Shown piece by piece: positions 1-10,870 of a DNA stretch of 64,000 nt. Below the pieces are notes generated by a model. The model saw nothing but the letters and a program-made list of their open reading frames with translations. It had not been told where the DNA came from and searched no databases. Every line of letters starts with the position of its first letter. Positions within the stretch are counted from its first letter, which is position 1. Source of the DNA: Anaeromyxobacter sp. (GTDB lineage: Bacteria > Myxococcota > Myxococcia > Myxococcales > Anaeromyxobacteraceae); NCBI GenBank assembly GCA_049840735.1, contig JASGJN010000017.1, forward strand, positions 64,001 through 128,000, written 5' to 3'. Both the position numbers and the translations under genes were made by a program.

Positions 1-2
1 CG

Positions 3-182
3 CTGGCGCTGGCTCCGGTCGAGGGGATCGCGCCGATGGTGTCGGTCAGCGACGCGTTCGGGCTGGTCGTCATGCCGCTGATCGTCTGCGGCCTCCTCTT
101 CGAGCTCCCCCTGGCGGTCGCGATCATGGTGGTGCTCTCGCGGCGCCCCGAGGCGCCGTCGCGTCTGCCCGCTGGCCCATGA
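3..182 (+). CDS. 3' end of a TatC-like membrane protein (partial at window edge)
   Basis: Manual translation ...IAPMVSVSDAFGLVVMPLIVCGLLFELPLAVAIMVVLS...*; resembles the TatC GxxFELP segment but stops soon after it. Confidence 0.4.
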   Translation: MALAPVEGIAPMVSVSDAFGLVVMPLIVCGLLFELPLAVAIMVVLSRRPEAPSRLPAGP

Positions 183-299
183 GCAGGACCTGTTCGGTCG
201 CTGCAGCCCTGCTCAGCCGCTTGAACACGTTCGGGGCATGGCCGCTGCGCGGGCCTCCGGGTAATTGAGCAGGCCTGACCCCAGCGTCCAGGAGAGGCC

Positions 300-826
300 G
301 TGCCCACCAAGACGAAGCGCCAAGCGCCTCGCCGCGCCACGAACGCCCGCAAGGCCAGAAGTCCCGCGGCGAAGGCCAAGGCCGCGGCCTCCCCGGCCAG
401 GAGAGCGCCCTCGCGGCAGCCCCCCAAGCCGCGGCTGCTGAGCGGCGGCAACCCGCAGATCGCCAAGGGGGACGGCGACGCCCCGGTGCAGGCGTACATC
501 GCGGCCATGCCCGGCTGGAAGCGCGAGGTCGGGCGCCGCCTCGACGCGCTCATCACCCGCACCGTCCCCGGCGTGCGCAAGGCGGTGAAGTGGAACTCGC
601 CCTTCTACGGCGTCGAAGGGCAGGGCTGGTTCCTCTGGCCCATGTCTTCACGCGCTACGTGAAGGTGACCTTCTTCAAGGGTAGCTCGCTGCAGCCGCTC
701 CCGCCCGGCGAGTCCAAGGTCGCCGAGACGCGGTACCTCGACCTCCACGAGGGCGAGCCGAAGGACGAAGCCCAGCTGGCGAGCTGGATCCGCCAGGCGG
801 CCAGCGTGCCGGGCTGGGGAGGCTAA
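300..826 (+). CDS. DUF1801 (YdhG-like) protein with Lys/Ala-rich N-terminal tail; frameshift near 640
   Basis: LLSGGNPQIAKGDGDAPVQAYIAAMPGWK...VKWNSPFYG in one frame continues as HVFTRYVKVTFFKG...PGW in the next. Confidence 0.85.
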
Positions 827-853
827 GAGCTGAAGGGAAACCGCGCCACCATC

Positions 854-1891
854 CTACCGCTCCGCTCCCCTCACCAGCCCGAGCCGGACCAGGCTCTCCC
901 CGGTCGCCACAATCGCCTCCTCCGCCGGCCGGGGGCACCAGCCCAGGAGGCGCTGCGCCTTCGCGCTGGTGGCGTTCTTCGGGTTCCCGAGCTCCGGCAG
1001 CACCTGCCGCGCCGCTGCGTCGCGGAGCGAGGCCAGGCGCAAGATCCAGTCCGGCACCTGGAGCGACGGCACGCGCCGCGCCGCGGCGCCCATCCGGCCC
1101 TTCAGCACCCTGGCGATCCCCAGCATGGTCAGGAAGTCGCCGGCCACGGCCAGGAACCGTTCGCCGCTGGCTGAGGGGTGCGTCATGGCCCGGACGTGCA
1201 GGTCGGCCACGTCGCGGACGTCCACCACGCCGAAGCTGACCTTCGGACACCCCGGCACCGCGCCGTCGAGCAGCCGCTTCACGATCAGGATGGACGTGGA
1301 GTACTCGGTCCCGAGCACCGGGCCGAGCACCACCACCGGGTTGACGGTCGCGAGCTCCAGCCCCCGCCCCTCGCGCGTGATGAAGTCCCACGCGGCGCGC
1401 TCAGCCAGGGTCTTGGACCGCGGATAGGGCTGCACCCCCGGCCCGTCCACGTCCGTCCAGGTGGTCTCGTCGAAGGGCGCCGTCCGCGGCGCGTGGCCGT
1501 ACCCGACGGCCGCGAACGACGACGTGAGCACCACCCGCCTCACGCCGGCGTCCCGGGCGGCGCGGAGGACGCGCAGCGCCCCCTCGCGCGCAGGAACCAC
1601 CAGCTCGTCAGCATCCTTCGGCAGCGTGGGCGGGAACGGCGAGGCCAGGTGCAGGACGCGCTCGCATCCCGCGGCGGCCTCCGCCCACCCCACGTCCGTG
1701 TTGAGGTCGGCCAGCGCGAAGCTGAGCCGGTCTGCCGGATCGACGCCGGCGGCGCGGAGCAGCGCCCGGAGCTCCGCCTCGCGCCGGGCGCTCCGGACCG
1801 TGGCGCGCACCCGGTGGCCGTCCGCGAGCAGCCTGAGGATGGTGTGGCTCCCGATGAACCCGGAACCGCCTGTCACGAGGACCGTCGACAT
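854..1891 (-). CDS. NAD-dependent epimerase/dehydratase (aldehyde reductase-like extended SDR)
   Basis: MSTVLVTGGSGFIG Rossmann motif, LTSSFAAV, YPRSK (YxxxK), VDVRDVA; start trimmed to ATG at 1891. Confidence 0.92.
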   Translation of the reverse strand: MSTVLVTGGSGFIGSHTILRLLADGHRVRATVRSARREAELRALLRAAGVDPADRLSFALADLNTDVGWAEAAAGCERVLHLASPFPPTLPKDADELVVPAREGALRVLRAARDAGVRRVVLTSSFAAVGYGHAPRTAPFDETTWTDVDGPGVQPYPRSKTLAERAAWDFITREGRGLELATVNPVVVLGPVLGTEYSTSILIVKRLLDGAVPGCPKVSFGVVDVRDVADLHVRAMTHPSASGERFLAVAGDFLTMLGIARVLKGRMGAAARRVPSLQVPDWILRLASLRDAAARQVLPELGNPKNATSAKAQRLLGWCPRPAEEAIVATGESLVRLGLVRGAER

Positions 1892-2110
1892 CGCAGCTGC
1901 CTCCTGGCAGGCGAGCATACAGGCTACCGGGGAGGACCCGGCCAGCGAAGCGCAGCTGGTCCCTCGACCAGGTGCCGCCCGGGCTACCGCTGAGCCGGCT
2001 GAATGTGAACCCGCAGGATTCCGTCCCAGGCAGCGACGACGCTCTAACATCTCACAGGGGCCGCGGAGCGTAGCCTGCCGCCTCGGCCCGTTCGAGCCCC
2101 GGAGGAAGCA

Positions 2111-2875
2111 ATGCGAAGCAAGCCGTTCGTGATCGGAACGCTGGCGGTCCTGCTTGGTTGCGCGGGCGTCAGCAAGGACCAGTACAAGGCCAAGGAAATG
2201 GAGGCGGCGAAATACAAGCAATCGGCGCAGGAGCAGACGGACCAGATCGCGACGCTGCAGCAGCAGGTGACGTCACTCGAGCAGCAGAACAAGGAACTCC
2301 AGAACAAGTCCCAGGCCCTCGGGTCGCAGACCGAGAGCCTCCAGAGCCAGCTCCACGCCACCAGCGCGACGGCGGCGGACCTCCAGGGCAAGCGGCCGGT
2401 GAAGATCAACCAGCCCGTGCTCTTCAAGGAGAACTCCTCCAAGCTCACGACGGAGGGCAAGCGATCGCTGGACTCCATCGCCGATGCGCTCGCGGGGAGC
2501 AAGGACCGCGCGATCCTGGTCTCCGGCTTCACCGACGGCGCGGAGGCGCCGGGGAAGAGCGCCGACGCGAACCGCTGGCAGCTCTCGGCCAACCGGGCCC
2601 TCACCGTGGCCAAGTACCTGGCCGGCCGCGGGGTGGACCCGACCATGATCTCGGTGGCGGGCTTCGGCCAGGCGCGCCCGGTCGCCTCCAACGACACGCT
2701 GGCGACCCGGGCCCAGAACCGGCGGGTCGAGATCGTCCTCACGCCCGCCAACCAGGAGGTCCTGACCATCGACCTCAAGCCGGCCGAGCTCATGCATCAG
2801 GGGACCGGATCCGGGAGCGGTGAGCAGCAGGGCCAGCAGCAGGAGCAGCCGCAGCAACCGCAGCAGCAGCCATGA
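2111..2875 (+). CDS. OmpA/MotB-family lipoprotein with coiled coil and Gln-rich tail
   Basis: Lipobox LLGC, GFTD, NRWQLSANRA, NRRVEIV; GGAGG RBS. Confidence 0.9.
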   Translation: MRSKPFVIGTLAVLLGCAGVSKDQYKAKEMEAAKYKQSAQEQTDQIATLQQQVTSLEQQNKELQNKSQALGSQTESLQSQLHATSATAADLQGKRPVKINQPVLFKENSSKLTTEGKRSLDSIADALAGSKDRAILVSGFTDGAEAPGKSADANRWQLSANRALTVAKYLAGRGVDPTMISVAGFGQARPVASNDTLATRAQNRRVEIVLTPANQEVLTIDLKPAELMHQGTGSGSGEQQGQQQEQPQQPQQQP

Positions 2876-2915
2876 CGTGCGGCGACGGCGCGGCCCCCTC
2901 AGACCAAGGGGCGCA

Positions 2916-2950
2916 TCCGATCGCGGTTCGACGAGCTCACCGCGATCGGA
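2916..2950 (+). repeat. Short REP-like palindrome (TTCGAC...GCTCA family)
   Basis: tccgatcgcggt-tcgacgagctc-accgcgatcgga, a perfect 12-bp stem between convergent genes. Confidence 0.6.
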
Positions 2951-3010
2951 GTGCCGTCTACCCTGCACCGGCTCGCGCCAGCACCGGGGCGGTCCGCGGC
3001 CCCGCACCGC

Positions 3011-3670
3011 TCACGCCCGCCGCCGTCCCCGCAGCACCACGTCGCCCTCGGTCGCCCCACCGCGAAGCTCGCGGCACTCGACCCCACCAAACCCCGCCGC
3101 TGCCGCGGCCCGGGAGATATCCTCGGTGGCGTGGAGCTGGAACCCGTGCCGGGTGATCTGGCCGAAGCGGCGCAGCTTGTCGGCCGACGAGAAGCCGAGC
3201 GTGAGCAGGCCCCCGGGCGCGGTGACCCGGTGCAGCTCGCCGAACGCGTGGGCGAGGTCGGGCCAGAAGTAGACGGTGTTGGTGGAGGCGACCACGTCGA
3301 AGACAGCGTCCGGGAGCGGCAGCGCCTCCACCGGACCGCGCTCGAGGCGCACTCGCGCCGGAGCCAGCCGCCCTGTGCGCGGGCGGAGCCACGCCACGGC
3401 CGCCTCTGAGGGATCGACCCCGGTCAGGTCCAGGACCCCGCGGCCCGCGGCCAGCGTGAGGAGGCGGCCGCCTCCGAAGCCGACGTCGAGGAGGCGCACC
3501 GCCCCGGAGAGCGGGATGCCCTCGAGCGTGGCCTCGATGAGCGCCCGGTTCCCCCGGTTCAGGAAGCGCGTCATCACGACCCGGCCAAACCAGCCGCGCG
3601 GATGCGCCAGCTGGGCGGCCAGCGCGGCGCCGAAGGGGGCGGCCAGCTGGAAGATGCGGCGGGTGCGCAT
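3011..3670 (-). CDS. Class I SAM-dependent methyltransferase
   Basis: LLDVGFGGG motif I, GVDPS, LPLPDAVFD, NTVYFW. Confidence 0.9.
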   Translation of the reverse strand: MRTRRIFQLAAPFGAALAAQLAHPRGWFGRVVMTRFLNRGNRALIEATLEGIPLSGAVRLLDVGFGGGRLLTLAAGRGVLDLTGVDPSEAAVAWLRPRTGRLAPARVRLERGPVEALPLPDAVFDVVASTNTVYFWPDLAHAFGELHRVTAPGGLLTLGFSSADKLRRFGQITRHGFQLHATEDISRAAAAAGFGGVECRELRGGATEGDVVLRGRRRA

Positions 3671-4013
3671 GGGGAGCGCAGTCTAGCAGGCTGCCACCTT
3701 CGCCTCCGGGCCGAGCAAGCCCCTCCCCTCCTCGGCGCCGCGGGGACTTGAGCCGCGTCACTCCCTGTGAATCCGGTGGTGCATCCTGAGACCCGCGCTC
3801 AGGGCCAGCTGCCGAATGTGACCTGATTGCAGCGAGGTCTCGCGGCCCGTCGTCACGTTCCGTGAAGCGGCCTGAGAGCTTCTCAGCGCCGTTTAAGAGA
3901 ACGGACCAGTTTTCCGGTGGTTACACGTCCTTCTTGGGGCGAGGGCCCACGATTCAATCTCTCACGATTGGTGACCATCTCCACGTCCAAGCCGGCGTCA
4001 CCTTGTCGGGTTT

Positions 4014-4027
4014 TTGACGCCCATCAA
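4014..4027. promoter_or_regulatory. Putative FNR/CRP-family binding site
   Basis: TTGAC-GCCC-ATCAA, 9/10 match to TTGAT-N4-ATCAA, ~170 bp upstream of the multicopper oxidase. Confidence 0.5.
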
Positions 4028-4197
4028 CGGACGGTCAACCACCCGCGGCGCCGGTGTACCGCTCCCCACCGACATGCCTCCCCTCGGGCTCGACAAAACC
4101 GTCGCCCGCGATGCGCCCGCCGAAGGGAAGTGCCGCGCGCCGTGACGGCGCCGGGAGCAGGGACGGCGGGGGCCACGAACCGAGGAGGAGGGTCCAG

Positions 4198-7100
4198 ATG
4201 AAGCGACTCACAGTGATGGTCCTGGCGGCGCTGGTCGCGGCGGGATGTGGAGGGCCGTCGGAGAAGCAGACGACGCGCCCCAGCGGTCCCAGGGTGGGCG
4301 GCACGTCCAAGGCGGAGCGGAAGGCGGCGCTCACGGCGGCGGCGCAGGCGCTGACCGACACCGAGCGCCACGTCCCGCACTACTTCGGCCCGTTCCCGAA
4401 CTGGGCCAACAGCCCGTACACCCTCCCCGACGCGCAGGTCGTCATCACCGGTGACGGCACCGGCGCGACCGCCACCGCGACCGTGGGCGCCGGCGGCGCC
4501 GTCACGGCCATCACCGTGACCGACCCCGGCAACGGCTACTCGAACGCCACCATCACCATCACCGGCGCGGGCACCGGGGCGACCGCCCGCCCCCGCATCA
4601 ACGAGAACGGCTACGTGAAGTCGATCGCGGTGACGGCCGCGGGCGCGGGCTACACCGCGCCGGCCGTGGCCATCACGGGCGGCCGCGGCAACGGCGCCAC
4701 CGCCAGCGCGTTCGGGGGCGTGGACGCCGTCCAGCTGGTCTCCGGCGGCAGCGGCTACACCTTCCCCACCGTGGACTTCGACCTGCCCGACGGGCCGGAC
4801 GGCGTCGCGGCGGTGGCGCACGCCGAGATGGACGCGACCGGCACCATCACCGCGGTGATCATCGACAGCCCCGGCTCCGGGTACTCGCGGGCGCCGAACG
4901 TCGTGATCCGCAACGGCACGATCTACGATCCTGCCCTGCCCGCCGAGGGCGCCACCTTCGCCGCCGCGACGGCCACGTCCACGCTGCGCGTGGACGCCAT
5001 CACCCTCGACAGCTTCGGCACCAGCTACAACAAGGCCCCCCTGGTCACCATCAGCGACACGGCCGGCACCGGCAGCGGCGCGCTGGCCACCGCCACCGTC
5101 CAGCGCGGCGGCGTCGTCTCCATCACGGTCCGCAACGGCGGGTCCGGATACGTGACCCCCGGCGGCATCCGCAAGTTCGTGGACACGCTGGCCGGCCTGG
5201 GGCCGAGCGCGGCCAACAACCTGGGCCAGTACATCCCGGTCGCGCAGCCGGACGTGGCCACCTTCCCGAACGCCGACTACTACGAGATCGCGGTGGTCGA
5301 ATACACGGAGAAGATGCACAGCGACCTGCCGCCCACCAAGCTGCGCGGCTACGTGCAGCTCGAAACTGCCCAGATCACCGGCGCGCACTACCCGCTGCCG
5401 GGCGGCCGCTTCGGCGTGGACCGCCCGCACTACCTGGGGCCGACGATCGTCGCGCAGAAGGATCGCCCGGTCCGCATCACCTTCTTCAACCTGCTGCCCA
5501 CCGGCGCGCAGGGCGACCTGTTCCTCCCGGTGGACTCCAGCATGATGGGCTCAGGCGAGGGCCAGATGATGATGCCCTGGGATCCGACCCCGACCACCGG
5601 CGGCACGGTGCTGGACGAGATCCGCAACCCGATGTGCACCGGGCAGAGCTACGACGCCGACATGGGCATGTGGATGACCATGCCCAAGATGACGGAGCAC
5701 TGCTTCGCCGACAACCGCGCCACGCTGCACCTCCACGGCGGCAACACGCCCTGGATCAGCGACGGCACCCCGCACCAGTGGATCACGCCGGCCGACGAGA
5801 TGACGCCGTGGCCGGAGGGCGTGGCGGTGAAGAGCGTGCCGGACATGGTGGGCGACACGCGGCCCGCCGGCGTGCCCGACTGCTCCGGGCCCAACGACGG
5901 CTGCATGAGCTTCTACTACACGAACCAGCAGAGCGCCCGGCTCATGTTCTACCACGACCACTCGTGGGGCATCACCCGGCTCAACGTCTACGGCGGTGAG
6001 GCCGCGGGCTACCTGATCCAGGACTCCACCGAGCAGTCGCTGGTCTCGAGGGGCGTCCTGCCGGCCGACCAGCTCCCGCTCATCATCCAGGACCGGACCT
6101 TCGTCCCGCAGGCCCCGCAGCTCGCAGAGCAGGACCCGACCTGGGACGCGGCGCGCTGGGGCGGCTGGGGCAGCCTCTGGTACCACCACGTCTACATGCC
6201 GGCGCAGAACCCGGGCGACCCGAGCGGCATGAGCGCGTACGGGCGCTGGATGTACGGCGCCTGGTTCTGGCCGCCTGCGACGGACGTGAAGTACGGGCCC
6301 ATCGCCAACCCCTACTTCGATCCCAACTGCCGCCTGGACGACCCGGCCACCTGGCAGTACGCCACCGACCCGTTCTGCGAGCCCGAGCTCATCCCCGGCA
6401 CGCCCAACATCTCGGCGGGCATGGAGCAGTTCAACGACACGCCGATCGTCAACGGCACGGCCTACCCCACCGTCACGCTGCAGCCCAAGGCCTACCGCCT
6501 GCGGATCCTGAACGCGGCCAACGACCGCTTCTTCAACCTGCAGTGGTACGTGGCCGACGCCACCGGCACCGAGGTGGCGCTCAACGCTGCCGAGCTGGCC
6601 GCCGCGCAGCTCGATCCGGTGGTCTTCCCCACGCCCGACACCACGCTCAGCCCGGTCGGCCCGAGCTGGATCCAGGTCGGCACCGAGGGCGGCTTCCTCC
6701 CAGCGCCGGTCGTCATCCCCAACCAGCCCATCACCTGGATCACCGATCCGACCCGCTTCGACGTCGGCAACGTGGACCTGCATTCGCTGCTGCTGGCGCC
6801 CGCCGAGCGCGCCGACGTGGTGGTGGACTTCTCCCAGTTCGCCGGGAGGACCCTCATCCTCTACAACGACGCGCCGGCCGCCTTCCCGGCCCGCGTGCCC
6901 AGCTACGACTACTACACCGGCGCCCCTGACCTGAGCCCGGTGGGCGCGCCCAAGATCTCCCCGGCTACGGCCCGAACACCCGGACCATCATGCAGGTGAG
7001 GATCGGCACCGGCGCCACCACGCCGTTCAACCTGGGCGCGCTCCAGGCGGCCTTCCGCCACCACGCCGACGGCTCGGGCGTCTTCGAGTCCGGCCAGCAC

Positions 7101-8261
7101 CCCATCATCGTCGGCCAGGCGGCCTACAACCAGACCTACGGCACGAGCTTCGCCGCGGCCGGCTGGTGCAGCTCGCCCACCTCCACCAACAAGTGCGACG
7201 GGTACGCCCGCATCTCGCAGCAGGGCACCGATCCCTTCACCTTCGACACGCTGCGCGGGGCCAAGCTCTCCATCCCCTTCCAGCCGAAGGCCATCCACGA
7301 CGAGATGAACGCGACCAGCTTCGACGAGTACGGGCGCATGCAGGCCAACCTGGGCGTCGAGGCCGTCCCGGCCACGCCCGGCCTGCAGAACGTGAACCTG
7401 TTCCCGTACGTGATGCCGCCGACCGAGCTCATCGACACCACCGACCTGCCGCGCACCAGCCACGTGACGCCGATCGCGGTGGCCAGCGACGGGACGCAGA
7501 TCTGGAAGATCACCCACAACGGCGTGGACACGCACCCCATCCACTTCCACGCCTTCGACGTCCAGGTCCTGAACCGCGTCACCTGGGACAACATCGTGAT
7601 GCCGCCTGATCCCAACGAGCTGGGCTGGAAGGACACGGTCCGCGTCAGCCCGCTGGAGGACACCATCGTGGCGCTGCGGCCCATCATCCCGGTGCTACCC
7701 TGGGAGCTGCCCAACAGCGTCCGGCTCCTCGACCCGAGCCGCCCGGACGGCGCGGTCATGACCAGCGCCACCATCGCCGACCCGCTGGGCCTGCCCATCC
7801 TCGCCAGCCCCACCGGTGAGCCCATCGACGTGAGCAACCACCTGGTCAACTTCGGCGGCGAGTACGTCTACCACTGCCACATCCTCAGCCACGAGGAGAT
7901 GGACATGATGCGGCCGGTGCTCCTGGCCTACCCGCCGCTCGCGGCCACGCCGGCCTACGACGGCGCGGCCATCGCCTGGACCGACGCGTCCGTGGCGGAG
8001 ACGGCCTACGCGGTGGAGCAGTGGGTGGACGGCGCCTGGGTCGAGGTGTGGCGCACCAACCGCGACCTGGCCAGCCCGAACGACACCGGTGAGCTGCTGA
8101 GCTACGCCGGGCCGTTCGTGAGCGGGGAGCGCTACCGGGTGGTGGCCGAGAACACGGTCGGTGACACCTGGAACTACGCCGACCCAGGCCTCAACGAGAT
8201 CGTGTCGGGCGGGTTCCCGACCGTCACTGCCCGGTCCACGGCGGAGCTCACCATCCCGTGA
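4198..8261 (+). CDS. Large lipoprotein multicopper oxidase (CotA/bilirubin oxidase-like core); frameshift at ~6957
   Basis: Lipobox VAAGC; copper motifs HLHG, FYHDH, HPIHFH, HCHILSHEEMDMM; ORFs 4054-6999 and 6990-8261 join through PGYGPNTRTIMQ. Confidence 0.9.
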
Positions 8262-8276
8262 CGTGATTCAGGTTCC

Positions 8277-8300
8277 GCCCAGGGCCGGGAGGCCCTGGGC
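8277..8300 (+). terminator. Hairpin between the oxidase and the downstream lipoprotein
   Basis: gcccagggcc-ggga-ggccctgggc. Confidence 0.45.
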
Positions 8301-8343
8301 GGTTCCTGGCACCTCCCAGACATCGTTTCCACTGGAGCCAAAG

Positions 8344-9330
8344 ATGGCCTTCCATGACCTGAAGCCGCACCACGCGGCGGCCCTGCTCGCCCTGACGCTG
8401 GCAGCGTGCGCCGGCAGCAGCGACCCCACCCTGCAGTCCCTCGCCATCGGCGACGGCACGAGCTACGCCGAGGTCGGGGTGCTGAAGCAGCTCCCCCTCA
8501 CCGGCCAGTTCTCGGATGGAGCGAGCAAGCCGATCACCGGGGGCGTCACCTGGACCTCGTCGGACCCGTCGCTTGCGGCCGTGGACGCGAACGGCGTCAT
8601 GTCCCCCTGGACCGACGGCACCGTCCAGATCACCGCCACGCACACCGCCACCGGCCTCACCGCCACGGCCGAGGTGGTCACGCGCCGTTTCACCGCCGTG
8701 CCCGCGGACGCGGCGCTCGTCTCCGGCCAGGTGGACACCGGGGCCGCGTACTTCCACGTCTCCGGCCTCACCCCCGGCATGATGTACGTCCCCGCCGCGT
8801 TCGGGATGACCGACGACGTGGACCTGCTGGTCTACCCGGACATCTCCATGACCCGCGGCACCGAGCTCTGCGCCTCCTTCTCGGTCGGCCGCTTCGACGA
8901 CTGGTGCATCGCGCCGGCCACCGGGACCGGCGAGCTGTGGGTGACGGTGGACGGGCAGTGGACGGGCCACGGGGCCAGCTTCGACCTGGACGTGCCCGCC
9001 GCCCCCGAGGTCGCCGCGGCGCTGACGCTCGGCCTGGCCGAGGTGCCCTACGCCGGCGCGATCGGCTCCAACCGCCAGGTGGTCAAGGTGACCGGGCTCG
9101 CGCCCGGCGCCGCCTACGAGGTGCGGCTCTCCGGGCTGACCGCCGACGTGGACCTGGAGGTCTACGCCGACCGCTACAAGTACGACTCGCTGTGCGAGTC
9201 CTTCGTCAGCGGGACGTCCGACGACGCCTGCGACGCCACCGCGGGCGAGTCCGGCGAGCTCTACCTGGAGCTCGACGGCGAGAGCTCGGCGGAGGGCGGG
9301 GACTACACGCTCTCGCTCACGGCGCGCTGA
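8344..9330 (+). CDS. Lipoprotein with Ig-like (Big_2) domain and two PPC-like beta-sandwich repeats
   Basis: LAAC lipobox; VTWTSSDPSLAAVDANG; repeated D(V)DLxVY...LCxS...DDxC module. Confidence 0.75.
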   Translation: MAFHDLKPHHAAALLALTLAACAGSSDPTLQSLAIGDGTSYAEVGVLKQLPLTGQFSDGASKPITGGVTWTSSDPSLAAVDANGVMSPWTDGTVQITATHTATGLTATAEVVTRRFTAVPADAALVSGQVDTGAAYFHVSGLTPGMMYVPAAFGMTDDVDLLVYPDISMTRGTELCASFSVGRFDDWCIAPATGTGELWVTVDGQWTGHGASFDLDVPAAPEVAAALTLGLAEVPYAGAIGSNRQVVKVTGLAPGAAYEVRLSGLTADVDLEVYADRYKYDSLCESFVSGTSDDACDATAGESGELYLELDGESSAEGGDYTLSLTAR

Positions 9331-9358
9331 CCGCGATCAAGGGTTCATCACGCAGGTC

Positions 9359-9392
9359 CGGAGGGACGACGGCGCGAGCTGTCGTCCCTCCG
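9359..9392. terminator. Probable bidirectional terminator hairpin
   Basis: cggagggacgacggc-gcga-gctgtcgtccctccg between convergent genes. Confidence 0.6.
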
Positions 9393-9405
9393 CTCATGTA
9401 GACCG

Positions 9406-9801
9406 TCAGCCCGGCTTCGCGCCCTGGTTCAGCTCGACCGCCTCGCGCACCAGCGCCTCGAGCGCCTTCTCATCCAGCTTCTCGCCCTCGCGAAGGTCGA
9501 TGGCGCGCCGGGCGTTGCCGTCCAGGCTGGAGTTGAACAGGCGGCCCGGGTCCGCGAGCGCCGCGCCCTTGAAGAAGGTGAGCTTCACGACGCTCTTGTA
9601 CGTCTCCCCGGTGCAGATGATCCCGCCGTGGGACCAGACCGGGACGCCTCGCCACTTCCACTCCTCGACCACCCCCGGATCGGCCTGCTTGATGACCGCG
9701 CGCACGCGGGCCAGCAGCTTGCCGCGCCAGTCGTCCAGCTCCGCGATCCGGGCGTCGATGAGCTCCGAGGGCTTCCCTGCGCTCGACGAGGTCTTCTTCA
9801 T
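9406..9801 (-). CDS. DUF1801 domain protein
   Basis: ELIDARIAELDDWRG...EEWKWRGVPVW...GETYKSVVKLTFFKGA...FNSSLDGNARRAID. Confidence 0.9.
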   Translation of the reverse strand: MKKTSSSAGKPSELIDARIAELDDWRGKLLARVRAVIKQADPGVVEEWKWRGVPVWSHGGIICTGETYKSVVKLTFFKGAALADPGRLFNSSLDGNARRAIDLREGEKLDEKALEALVREAVELNQGAKPG

Positions 9802-10034
9802 GTCCTCTCCAGGCGCCTCCGTGTAACCGGCGAAGCGCCCGGGAGCCGCAGATGGTGACCGGGGCCCCAAGCGGTCGGTGGGATCGTGGCGGGAGCGGAG
9901 CCTGGCCCAGCCCGTGAGCCCGCCCGGAACCTGGTGCTGGACCTGCGCCAGTTCCACGAGGTGGAGCCGGTGGATGGGGATGGGCGCGCCTAGCTGGGTG
10001 TCGAAGCGCTGCCGCCAACCCGGATCCGGTCAGC

Positions 10035-10073
10035 CTGAGCGTAGCCCCGCCACCAGGCGGGGCGGAGTCGAAG
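10035..10073 (-). repeat. REP-like structured repeat, copy A
   Basis: Minus strand CTTCGACTCC-GCCCCGCC-TGGT-GGCGGGGC-TACGCTCAG. Confidence 0.8.
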
Positions 10074-10133
10074 GCCGGCCGGCGATTCCCGTTCCCGCTT
10101 GCCTCGGCAGGGCGCGCCTGGTTCGATGACGGC

Positions 10134-10823
10134 ATGCGCCTCGCCTGTCCGGTCTGCCGGGCCGACATCCCCGACTCGAACGTGAACATGGACCGCGCCA
10201 TCGCGCGCTGTCCGGCCTGCGGCGACGTCTTCGGCTTCGCCGACCAGGTGCCTGGCGCGCTCCGCGGCTCACGCACCCGCCCGGCCGTCCCGCTGCCGAA
10301 GCGCTTCAAGGTCTCGGGCCCCCCGCTCCGGATCGCCTTCCGCTGGTTCTCCCCGGCGGCCTTCTTCTTCCTCTTCTTCACCCTGTTCTGGAACGGGATC
10401 CTCTCCGTCTTCCTGGTCCAGATCGTGACCAGCCACAGCTACGGCGTGCTGCTCTTCCTCTCCCTGCACCTCGCCGTCGGCCTGTTCATGACCTACCGCA
10501 CGCTCGCCTCGTTCCTCAACCGGACCGAGGTCACGGTGGAGTCGGGGCAGCTCTGCGTCCGCCACCGCCCCCTCCCCTGGCCCGGCAGCCGCCAGCTCCC
10601 GGGCCACACGCTCAAGCAGCTCTGGGTGCGCGAGCGGATCTCGCGGGGCAAGAACGGGACCTCGGTGACCTACGAGCTGCAGGCCGAACGTCACCAGGGG
10701 AAGCCCCTCAAGCTGCTGTCCGGCCTCGAGCAGCCCGAGCAGGCGATCTTCCTGGAGCAGCAGCTGGAGATGCACCTGGGCATCCAGGACCAGCCGGTCG
10801 CGGGCGAGCTGGCGCGATCGTGA
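10134..10823 (+). CDS. Membrane protein with N-terminal zinc ribbon
   Basis: CPVC...CPAC, two TM helices, C-terminal soluble domain. Confidence 0.75.
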   Translation: MRLACPVCRADIPDSNVNMDRAIARCPACGDVFGFADQVPGALRGSRTRPAVPLPKRFKVSGPPLRIAFRWFSPAAFFFLFFTLFWNGILSVFLVQIVTSHSYGVLLFLSLHLAVGLFMTYRTLASFLNRTEVTVESGQLCVRHRPLPWPGSRQLPGHTLKQLWVRERISRGKNGTSVTYELQAERHQGKPLKLLSGLEQPEQAIFLEQQLEMHLGIQDQPVAGELARS

Positions 10824-10870
10824 ACCCCACCTGACGACGTGGTGGTGTGACTCGCCGCGCGAACCTGAGC

